Part shown: positions 26,901-38,900 of the stretch, piece by piece | Position numbering within the stretch: the stretch's first letter is position 1 | Layout of the letters: every line of letters starts with the position of its first letter | Assembly (NCBI RefSeq): GCF_004010195.1 | Contig: NC_057719.1 | Location: 91,510,512 to 91,574,511 of the forward strand | DNA from: Chiloscyllium plagiosum | Taxonomy: Eukaryota | Reading direction: 5' to 3' | Length of the DNA stretch: 64,000 bases | Program-made: the position numbers and the translations under genes | Notes under the pieces: model-generated | Database searches by the model: none | What the model was told of the DNA's origin: nothing | What the model saw: only the letters and a program-made list of their open reading frames with translations

Positions 26901-29900
26901 CTCCCCAGATTTCAGAGTTCAAGGTTTGCAGATTGCACACCAGACTCATCAGCAATCTCAGAGCAAATAATTCTTGATCCTAAGAGACTGCAGCAGATAA
27001 GGAAATCATTACAGTAGATTTAAAAAGAAATTTAGATCCACCCTGAGCTGACACCTGCATTACAGTTGAAACAGAATACAAATATTGATCCACCATGAAG
27101 GTCCATCAAGATCTTTGTAATCCAAAAGCCTCATCATACACGTACAACAAACACTGAGTAGATTCTATGGATTTTAATCTTTTGGTTCAACTACTTTTAG
27201 TTTACCCTTTATTCTAAGTCCTCACAGCTATTATGAGATGTGATGAGAAGCTATCATCCCACTTGATACTTCTAAACATGAAGTTAGTTTGGCTACTTTT
27301 CAGAGCACAAGTTGGGCAACCCATTTGATCTTTAATGGTTAAAATCACAAGTAAAGAGTAATTGTTAACTCAGCAAGTTCCAGACATGGATAGAAGCTTC
27401 AGTTCCTCTGGGATGAAGTCTATTTAAAGAAACTCTCTTGATGCTCTGGTCTCCAAATGTAACACAGAGGCGGCTAATCAGCCCTACAAATCTATTCTAC
27501 CGTACAGTTAGATCATGGCTGACCTGTGCCTTAACCATATCCCTAATATCCATCCCTAATGAAAAACTATTTTGATTTTGAAACTTTAAATTGATCCTGA
27601 GGCTTAATATATCTTCGGGATAAGGATTTCCATGACTCCATGACATGAAGATAATGTTTCCTGTTAGGATTCAGAATCATGAAGTTTAAAAGTGTAATTT
27701 TGAGATTAAAATGAAAGAAATAATGGATGAACTATTCTTCTCAAATGTCATGAATCATAAACATACCAAGAGATGGAAAAAGTCAATATCCAAGATTGAC
27801 CAAGTGTCTTCAACATCCAGATGAGGCAGAAACACTAGAAACGAAAACACAGAATCACAAGCTATAAATTACATTTCTTGGCCAAAGTGAATGGGTAATT
27901 ATCAGAAGGATTGCAAACTAGTTAAACTTAACTACATGATACTTTCAATACGATAAGTCAAATGACCAAAGTTCAGCAAAACTGAAAACAACATGAAAAT
28001 AACATGTTTGAGTATTGTGTGCATGCATCCAGACAAAAATTTATATGGATGGTCAGATTTCAATCCCATTCGCTAATTTCTCTTCTTAGTCTGAAGTGAA
28101 CAAAGGTATCATGGAAATTAATAGGCACTGTTGCATTTAGATTGATGCTGTGTTGATATTTTACGTTATCTTAAAGATTCCAACAAAGGCAAAGCATGAT
28201 GTTTCTAACCAAATGCATATTCTAACAAAAAAGGATGTAATAGATCTGACCGAAACAAAGAACTTTCACACTTTTAGTTTAATTTATTTCTAGTAATATG
28301 AATTAAAGATTGTAAGATGTGGGAACCTAAGTAGGCCCATCAGCCTATTGAGTCAGCTTTGGCATGGCTGACCTGATAATGTTTAACTCCATATTCCTGC
28401 CTTACTCCCATCACCTTTGATTGCCTTACTGACTAAAAACCTGACTCAGCCCTAAATATACTCAATGACTCAGCTTCAATAGCCCTCTGGGATAAAGAAT
28501 TCCACAGATTCACTAACACCAAGAAGATAATCGTCCACATCTCTGTCTTAAATGTGCAACCCTTTACTCTTGAGATTATGCCCTCTGGCCTGAGATTCTT
28601 TCACAAGGGGAAACAACATTTTCACATCTACTCTGTCAAATCCCCTAAACAGTGCAGAAGAGGTTTACTTGGCTGAATACAAGAAATAGGAGCAGCTGTA
28701 GTCCATTTGGCCTCTTTTGCCTGATCCACCATTCAGCAAGATGAATGACTCTACTGTTTTGCCTGCCTCCACAATCCTTGAGTCCCTTGTCAATCAAAAA
28801 TATGCCCAGCTCAACCTTGAATATATTGAATGACCCAGACTTCAAGCTGTCTGTGGAAGAGAATTCCAAACACTAACAATCCTGAGTGAATAAATTGCTT
28901 TCAGTGCAGAAGAGGTTTACTCGGCTGAATACAAGAAATAGGAGCAGCTGTAGTCCATTTAGCCTCTTTTGCCTGATCCACCATTCAGCAAGATGAATGA
29001 CTCTACTGTTTTGCCTGTCTCCACAATCAAAAATATGCCCAGCTCAACCTTGAATATATTGAATGACCCAGACTTCAAGCTGTCTGTGGAAGAGAATTCC
29101 AAACACTAACAATCCTGAGTGAATAAATTGCTTTGCATCTTAGGACACTAGAGAAGTATGCAATAGTATTTACTTCTGTGGGAGAGACTAAAGTTAGGTG
29201 ACATAGCTTATAAACAAGAGCACTCCCTAAGGTGTAGACAGTAGAGTGAAACTAAGGTCCTTACCAGATCTGCCATGATCTTCTTGAATAGTGGGAAAAG
29301 CTCAAAAAGCTAAATAACCCCTACCCCTGCTCCCAAGTCCTATGCTTTTTGTTACTATCTTGATCTTGAAAACCCTTTATTTTTAAACTGTCTCCCCTAG
29401 TTCTGGATAGCCCATCAACAGTAAACATCTCCTCAGTAGTTATCCTATCGCTCCCCTTCAGAGTTTTTCAATTCTTATTTTTCTAAGCTCCAAAGGACAT
29501 AGTCTTATTAAGAAAGTTTGAGCCTACACCCACATAACAGGAACTAGCCTAGTGAAAATCCCAAATCATCAGAAAATATTTATCCTTCGACCAACTTCAC
29601 CGAAACATATTATTGAGCGTTAGCCAACTGATATTTGTAAGACCTTACTTTGTTTAAATTGGCTGCAATATTTCTTATATTACAACAGGGAGCACATTTC
29701 AAAAATGCTTCATTGGCTGTGAAGCGGCCAGAAGTGATGAAATTGTAAGTCTTTCCCTTTTCTAAGCTCAGTGAGCGTCCCAGGAACTTGGCTGAAAATT
29801 AGTTTTATACGGGATTCACAATGAGCATTATTCCATCTGCCTTGTAGAAATTCAAACCAATGCTTAAATTAAATTCCTCCCCAACATGTAACATTGATCA

Positions 29901-32900
29901 TTTGTCTCAACTGAACTCATCATCATCTATTCAGTTCAATGCACATGAAAAGTTTACATGCTTAGCCCATACTTGCCTGACATTAACCGGCTCAAGTGCT
30001 TCTGGATAACTTTGGGTGATGCCACCATTCTCTGAGAAGCAGCAAACTGCAGAACTGCTTTCAGGCTAAGACCCTGCAATTAGAAATAACCAGTCACTGT
30101 TCAGAATTTGCTTCCCGTCAGCCATATCATTTTCTGAAGTTACAGACTAAGGGAACAATAAGTCTACTTTTTTCTAGACTTAGGTTAAAGACGAAATGCA
30201 AAATCTTCCTACGGAGGCTGAGAAAACAGAAAGGACAGGAAAAATATTTTGCTTCAGTTTTGGCAGATGAGAATGAAATTAAAATGAAAGGGTACACAAA
30301 AGAGGAGATGCAGCAATTAGTTAACTGCAGGTAAGAAACAGTACTTGTCAAACAAAAAAGAAACAAAATACAACTCATATTGGATCCTGATGGCAAGTTG
30401 TCTGAATGCTGAGGGAAGCTCAAGAGCAGACTTGCACCACACAATCTTTTAGGCATCCACAGTTGTCAAAGTTGTACTGAAGTACTATAGGGCTACCTAT
30501 CCATCTCCATTCAAGAAAAGGCCAAAGAGAGAGAGAGAGATGGTTTTCAGTGACTTGGAAATAATAGTAAGGACTGCAGATGCTGGAAGTCAGAGTTGAT
30601 GATATGTGGAACTGTAAAGACACAACTGGCCAGACAGTAACAGAGGAACAGGAAAGTTGACACTTTGAGTCAGGACTCAGTCCTGATGAAGGGTTCTGAC
30701 CCAAAACATTGACTTTCCTGCTCTTCCAATGCTGACTGACCTGCTATGCCTTTCCAGCTCCACATTTTATTGACAGAGAGAGATACCTGATTCACAGTAT
30801 ATCAGACTGGGTGAAATCATTACTTGAAATTAATGTAAGAAAGTGAATGAACACTGATTTTATATAAATTTATTTTTGTTTTTTGCCAAGTGAGCTTCTG
30901 GAAGGAGGTCGGAACTCTTGATTTCAAGTGAAAAGTTCAGTGGAAATCAAAGGTTCGTGAATAGAGATTTGAGCTGACAAGCATTCAGCTACATGCTTTC
31001 ACTGACCTATCAGGGTATCATAGGAATACAGAAGCAGGGGTAGGTCATTCAGTCCTTTGAGCCTACTCAGCAAGATCTTGTTGTGATCTTAACTCCACTG
31101 TCCTGTCCATAACTTGGGATTCCTTATCTATCAAAGATGAGACCAAACCTTGAATAAATATAAGAGTCCACTGCTTTCTAGGGAAGAGAACTCCACAGAC
31201 TAACATCCATCAGAGAAAACATTCTCCCCATTTCTGTTTTCTCACTTATTTGTGAACTGTTTCTCCTCATTGATGCAGTTGATGTGGTGTATATGGATTT
31301 CAGTAAGGCGTTTGATCAGGTTCCCCTTGGTAGGCTATTGCACAAAGTACGGAGGCATGGGACGGAGGGTGACTTAGCAGTTTGGATCAGAAATTGGCCA
31401 GCTGAAAGAAGGCAGAGGGTGGTGATTGATGGGAAATGTTCATCCTGGAGTTCGGTTACTACTGGTGTACTGCAAGGATCTGTTTTGGGGCCACTGCTGT
31501 TTGTCATTATTAATAAATGACCTGGATAAGGGCAGAGAAGGATGGATTAGTGAATTTGCAGATGACACTAAGGTCGGTGTATAGATAGTGACAAAGCATG
31601 TTGTAGGTTACAGAGGATCAGAGAGCTGGGCTGAGAGGTGGCAAATGGAATTTAATGCAGAAAAGTGTGATGGGATTCACTTTGGAACGAGCAACAGGAA
31701 TGCAGAGTACTGGGCTAATGGCAAGATTCTTGGTAGTGTAAATGAGCAGAGAGATCTCGGTGTCCAGGTACATAGATCCTTGAAAGTTGCCACCTAGGTT
31801 GATAGGATTGTTAACAAGGCATGCAGTGTGTTAGCTTTTATTAGTAGAGGGATTGAGTTTCAGAACAATGAGGTCATGTTGCAGCTGTACAAAACTCTGG
31901 TGCTGCTGCAGTTAGGAGTATTGCGTACAGTTCTGGTCACTGAATTACAGGAAGGATGTGGAAGCTTTGGAAAGGGTTCAGAGGAGATTTACCAGGATGT
32001 TGCCTGGTATGCAGGGAAGGTCTTATGAGGAAAGGCTGAGGGACTTGAGGCTGTTTTCATTAGAGAGAAGGTTGAGGGGTGACTTAATTGAGACATAGAA
32101 GATAATCAGACGGTTAGATAGGTTGGACAATGCAAGCCTTTTTCCTCAGATGATGATGGCTAGCATGAGGGGACATTGTTTTAAATTGAGGGGTGTTAGA
32201 TATAGGACAAATGTCAGAGGCAGTTTCTTTACTCAGAGTGTAATAGGGGCGTGGAATGCACTGCCTGCAACACCAGTAGACTTGCCAACTTTAAGGGCAT
32301 TTAAATGGTCATTGGATAGGTATATGGACGAGAATGGAATAATGTAGGTTAGATGGGCTACAGATTGGTTCTACAGGTCGCACAACATTGAGGGCTGAAG
32401 GGACTGTACTGCGCTGTTCTATGTTCTAGTTTCTTCCACAAAAGAAATACCTAGCAGTTCAGTCAGTCAGTTTTTAGTCAGAGAAGAATTCTTGCAGTTG
32501 TGAATGCTGCTAAACCTAAAAGTTAGGGTTAACAGTAACCATTGATAGTTCATTGCAACAGGGAGTGGTCATATGAAGGACACAAGCAATATCTGGTTGG
32601 GACAGCTGAGAAAGATTGGGGGTCAGAGACAGTCAGGAGCAAGAGGAGGTGCTCCGTACATCTGAACTGCTGCAATTAGGTCTGAGGAGCCGGGGGTTCC
32701 CTGTGGTCCCAGGGAGGTTTTGTGCAGTAGAGAGTTTGGGGAGGGGAGACAGAGTGACAGGAAGACTGAAAAGGAATCCTTAGAGGGTGTAGGTTCTGAG
32801 GAAATGTGATCAAATTAACTGAGATAGTCAGTTGGCTGATAATAAATGGTAGTTGACAGATTATCCTTAGAAATGGAGACAAAGAGATGGAGGAAATGAA

Positions 32901-35900
32901 GGGAAGTTGGGTCATGTGAAATAGAGCTGAATGGAAATTAAAAGGAAAGTTGAAGGAAGTTTCCAATATAGAATTAAGCCTGATACAATCAGCAGTGTTG
33001 AGAGTGTGGTGCTGGAAAGACACAGCAGGTCAGGCAGCATTAGAGGAACAGGAAAATTGACGTTTCGGACAAGAGCCTTTCATTATAGGGTGTGCTGTGC
33101 CTTACCTGCTGTGCTTTTCCAGCACCACACACTCGACTCTGATCTCCAGTCCTCACTTTCTCCTACAATCAGCAATGTACCTAGCCAAAGTAGTACTGGA
33201 CCAAAGCATGCTCCACATATTCCATAAAAAAGATTATGACCCACACTGGTAATCACAGCAACAACAATTACTTGGAACTTTCCCTTACTTCTGTTTTCAG
33301 AGACTAACACGTTTGGTTTGGGCACATCTTTTGCTTCTTTTCATGTCCCGCCATCAGTCCCTCTGGCTTTGGAAGAATAACTCTTTCATCCAATCATTTC
33401 CATTTCCCAGCCTCCCACAGATCTTGCTTTTGTCCTTGTCCCACCTATTCCTTGCTCAAAACCAGTCACATCTCTAACCTTTTCCACACAACTGTGGTAA
33501 AAGGCCAAAAATATGAAATGTTATTGCTGCTTCTTTCCCAACAGATGCTTCCTGACCTGCTGCATAGATCAAGCACTTTCTATTTTTATATTAGAAAGAA
33601 ATGATTAGTTTATCCTTTTTTGAAATGGTTAACAAAACAGTGGTCAATGTTGGACCATCTTTTTTTTAAACAAAGTTTAATAACCGAGAGCAGGCCAAAG
33701 CATATGGCTGTGGTCCTGAAAAATCACAACTTCAAGTGAAGCATGGGTTCCCACAGATTCAACAAGGTTCCTTTGCACAGTTCTTATCCAGACGAAAAAT
33801 CTAAGATAAAACACTGTATACTATATTCACAGTATTATGTTCTCTTAGCTAAAAACCTTGAAAAATAAAATGAATTATGACTACAAAAGAAACTCTATCG
33901 GACCTTCCTCAGCAAAGAAAAAGGAAAAACTTAAGGAATGTAGGAAAGAAAGCAGGCCATTCAGCTCATCAAGCCTGTTTCACCATTCAAGATTATCTCC
34001 GATCGTCGACTTCAATACCACTTGCCCACACAATCTCAGTATCCCTCGATGTCATTGGTCTCAAGAAACTTATTTCCATCTTGAACCCGGTTCCACGATG
34101 GAGCCGCCACAGTCCTCTGGAGGAAGACTTCTCACTACTAAGCTCCTTAAGCCTGACATTCTCTAGAATCAGAGGCTGGCAGCTTCTGTTGGCCAGGACC
34201 GAGGGTCTTGATCTGTCACAAAGTTACCTCTTAAGTGGCTGATTGGAACTTGATCCAGTGAGCTCTTTTACTGGTGTAGGTAGGAAGTCAGTCACCTCTG
34301 AAGATGCCCACCACACACATACACTTGGTGCATGAAACACCACTTGTCTGCCAAAGTAACAGTTTAGTTTCTCCAACAGTTCTCTGCAGTATAAATTCCC
34401 ATTTACACCTGTAGAAGGCTGACATATGACCAAACTAATCCTTTTCCTTTCCACAAACCGAAAAGAAGCTTTCACACTACACCTTTATGTTTCTCACTAC
34501 CTTACATTCATCTCCACTCCGTTTTTAATCAATTTCTTGGCCATCCTTTGCTGGGTTCAAAGCTGCTTCTAAAGCACATGCTTACCACTTTTTCTAGTAT
34601 CATTAGAAGTGTTATGAAGGTGTAGAGATGTACTATACCTTTAAGAGAGTTGAAGGACTTAGTAAGCACACAGAGTGCTGAAAAATTTACTATGTAATTT
34701 TTGGTCCAATAGCTCGCAGTGCCTGGGTTGCCATGAGACAAAAAAAATTCAAATTCGGCCAGTTTCAATTATACCCTAAGATACTAAACTCCAATCATTT
34801 GAATTTGGTACTTTGATGATATTTAAACACATGAAACCATCTGAGGCTCTGGCGTATAAGACTGTGAAAAATTGAACAGTTGGGGGGGAGAACTGCCAAA
34901 AGACCAACAGATGTAGGCTGCTAGTAAGAACTCTCTGAAAGGTACCTGTCTGGAGAAGGAGTTTGCACAGGAAAAAATATCGACACCGACTTGGACAGTA
35001 AATCTATAGAGGAAGATACAAAGGGAAGATTCGACAGCTGGCTGGTTTCGAAATATGAATTCTTTTGTTAATCTTAATCGGGGTTTTATTGGACCAGTAT
35101 TGTAGAAAGGTAAAATATAGGTTTAGACAAATGAGGTGTAAATAGTTGTTAGTTAATTCTTCTCTGTTAGACTTTAAAAAATTAAAGTTGTTAATTTTTA
35201 CTTTACGTAGTGACTTTTGGGATAGTTCTTTGCCTCTCAAATTCGAACAGATTATAGCACGGGTTAAATCATTTCTGTGCTGCAGGTTTAAAATAGCTGG
35301 GGGATTTAGCCTGTGTTGTAACAGAAGCCACTTCCTTAGTTCAAATGCAATCTTTAACTTATTTATTAGCCAATGTTGATTTACCTTTCCCATTGGTGTT
35401 TATGCCTTAGAAAATGTAGATCTGTTACAGACAATGCAATATTCTTCAAACACGAATCATTGCCTATCTACTGTTTAGCGTACTTTCCCGAATCACCATT
35501 TCTAATTTGCTCTCCATTTAAGTAACACAGTACTTCTTTACTCTGTCAAAGTGGACAAGCTCACATTTTTCTACATATCCTCCACCTGCCAATTTCTTTT
35601 GCCTACTCATTTAGCCTATCTACATCCCATTGCTGTCTCCTATATCCTATTCACAAGCTATTCTTCTACCTCGCATGTGCTATCAATGAGTTTAGCAGGC
35701 ATACATTTAGTTCCATAATCCGAGTCACGGACTTAAATTGTAAATATAGAAAATAAGGCCTTATCTAATCCCTGCAGCATGTGACTTGCTGTAGCTTGCC
35801 AGCCTGAAAATGATCTATTTAATGCCTAACTCTCCATTTCCTATTTGCTAAGCAATCCTCCATACTTGCTAATATATCAAATATGTTTTTTGGTCACTTT

Positions 35901-38900
35901 TGATGTCATTAGATCACAATTAATTCTTTAACAATACAATATTTCAGTTTCACTTCAACACATTCATGGATGGAATGAGCTACCACCGAAAGAGGTGAAT
36001 GCAGGTACAGTTACAATGTTCAGAAGACAATTGGATAAGTTTATAAATAGGAAAGGTTTGTAAAGATATGAGTCAAAGATATGCAGCAGGTGGGACTAGT
36101 TTATTTTGGGAACATTGTTTGGCATGGATTGGTTTGACTGAAAAGTCTGTTTCAACGCTGTATGACTCTATGACTAAATTTCTCAGGTCACAGCAAGGAT
36201 GAAGAAAATAGAACGCAGAACATTCCAGCACAGTACAGGCCCTTCAGCCCTTGATGTTGCGCTGCCATGTGAAACCAATCTGAAGCCCATCTAAATGACA
36301 CTATTCCATTCTCGTCCACATGCCTATCCAATGACCATTTAAATGCCCTTAAAGTTGGCGAGTCTACTACTGTTGCAGGCAATACGTCCCACGCCCCCTA
36401 TCTCTCTCCGAGTAAAGGAACTATCTCTGAGATCTGTCCTATATCTATCACCCCTCAATTTAAAGCTATCCCCTCATGCAAGCCATCACCATCTGAAGAA
36501 AAAGGCTCTCATCGTCCACCCTTTGTAATCCTCTGATTATCTTGTATGTCTCAATTAAGTCACCTCTCAACCTTCTTCTCTCTAATGAGACTGAATGAAA
36601 GGATAAAGATACAGACAGAAGAAACAGGGATTGTTTCAAGAAATAAAAGTGAATGAAGCACTAAAATTATATATTTAAGATCAAAAGAATGAAAGGAAAT
36701 GATGGGAAAATTTATCAGGTAGAAAGCAGGCAAATACTTGAATGATAGATATTTGAATGAGTATTTTGAAAAAGCAGGGAATAGTACTTAAATAGATTAA
36801 ATTTTAAGAGACTTCCTAAGACTAGATGGAATGTTCTAAGAAAACCTCCAAGTTAACCACGTTTAATACCATTGTCAATATGCTCAAGAACTTTACTCAA
36901 CTTAATCTTGAAATAAATTTCAGTAATTAAAGCAGAGAGTAACCATTCTACCTGTCTGTCTGGTAGTGATCCGAACAAAACTTTGTCCTCATCATTAAGA
37001 ATATTCTCTGCAGGAGGGGGAAAGTAGTGTTAAAAGTAGGAGTAACTATTTTCTTTATAATTTATATACAGAACATTGTACATTAATAAGCTTGTCAATC
37101 ATATTCCAAAGTTATTTGAAGTACAGTTTGCTAATGCAGGTAGAAACGATTTCCTATTGTGGGTGTGTGTGTGTGTGTGTGTGTGTGGCAGGGAGGCAGG
37201 TGAACAGAACTTTAAAGTTAAAGCTAAACTATTCTGGAGCAAATTTCAGGAGTATTTATTCAAATACAGTAAGGTAGAAATTCAGAACATTGTCCCCCAT
37301 TCTAGTCTTCTCAGCAAGCGCTGTGAAGGTTGGGAGAAAAGTGAGTTTAGATCAAGTTTTAATAATAATTACAGAACCCACAGCAGGGAGATGGTGTTAA
37401 GACACAGAGCAACCGTGATCTAACTGACCAGAGGATGCTGAACGACCTACTCCTGTTCTTAAATTTTAACATTTGCTTCTTTTAACAATGTTTATTTAGG
37501 TCACTTCATAACTGGGTTTGAAAATTTCCATCCAATTATAGAATCTCACACATCTTATGTGAAGAAATTGTAGGTGACTAGTTTGGAGCAAGAACGAAAG
37601 AGGTATAAGGGCTTGCTGAAATCTGGCTTATACCAAAATCTAACGCCGTGTCTTTTTATTTTACTACTGAGCGAGGCAAAATTACTACTTTATGCTGTAC
37701 AGATTCCTAGGAAAGCTCCAAGAAAAAGGAGCGATTGAGTGTTGAGATTCAAACACATCTTCAGTCCATGGATCTACCAGGCCATCACAGGAATTCAACT
37801 GTATTGTTGCTTCTGGTACTGGCAGAGGAACATCTAGTATTAACTCCAGAGAGCACTGGGACTAACTGAATAGCTCATTCAAAGGATTGACAGCCAAGAT
37901 TGGTTTTTGGAGTAAGAGCATTGACAAATTATGAATAGCTACATTCTGGAATTTAAAAGAATGAGAGATGATCTCATAGGTTGAAATATATAGGATTCTG
38001 AAAGGATTTTGACAAAGTGGACACAAATTATTTATCTGGCTGGGGAATCTCAAAAACAATGGCACAATCTCACTACTTAGGATGGAGATGAAGAGAAATT
38101 TCTTCACTCAGAAGGCTATGTAGCTTTGGGAATTGGCTAGCCCAGAGTAATGTGGATGCTTTAACACTGTTTAGTTTAGGGTAGAGTAGGATAAGACAAA
38201 CAGATGTTTGGATTTCTCAAGGAATCCAGTGATATGGAAAGTTGGAAGGAAAATGAAATTGAGTTAGAAGATCAGATATGATCATACAGAATGGTGAATC
38301 GGGGTCAAAGAGTTGTATGGTTGTCTGCTTGTATTTCTTACATTCTCATGGCTGTGCTGTGCACTCTCTGAACTTATGCTCAGTGATACAGTAGCCAGGA
38401 CAAAACCTAAGTTCCATTCCTAAAATAAAATATATGTTAAATATATCATAAAATATAGCAGACACTAGAAATCTGAAATAAAAATAGAAAGCGAGTTGTG
38501 GGAAGATTTGTAGCTCAGGTTGAGGTTCTGGATGTAGGTTTGTTCACTAAGCTGAAAGGTTCATTTTCAGACCTTTCGTCACTATACTAGGTAACATCTT
38601 CAGTGAGCTCCGGATGAAGCACTGCTGGTGTTTCCTGCTTTCTATGTTTGGGTTTCCTTGAGTTGGTGATGTCATTTCCTGTCCTTTTTCTCAGGGGTTG
38701 ATAAATGGGATCCAAGTCAATGTGTTTGTTGATAGAATTCTGGTAGAAATTCTCGTGCATGTCTCTGTTTGGCTTGTCCTCGGATGGATGTGTTGTCCCA
38801 GTCGAAGTTGTGTCCTTCCTCATCTGTATGTAAGAATACTAGTAAGAGAGGATCATGTCGTTTTGTGCCTAGTTGATGTTCATGTATCCTGGTGGCTAGT

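Noticed and set aside
28650..29134. Direct repeats as a possible CRISPR array or LTR pair
   Set aside because: Two abutting long units with no spacers and no TG...CA ends; vertebrate intron context
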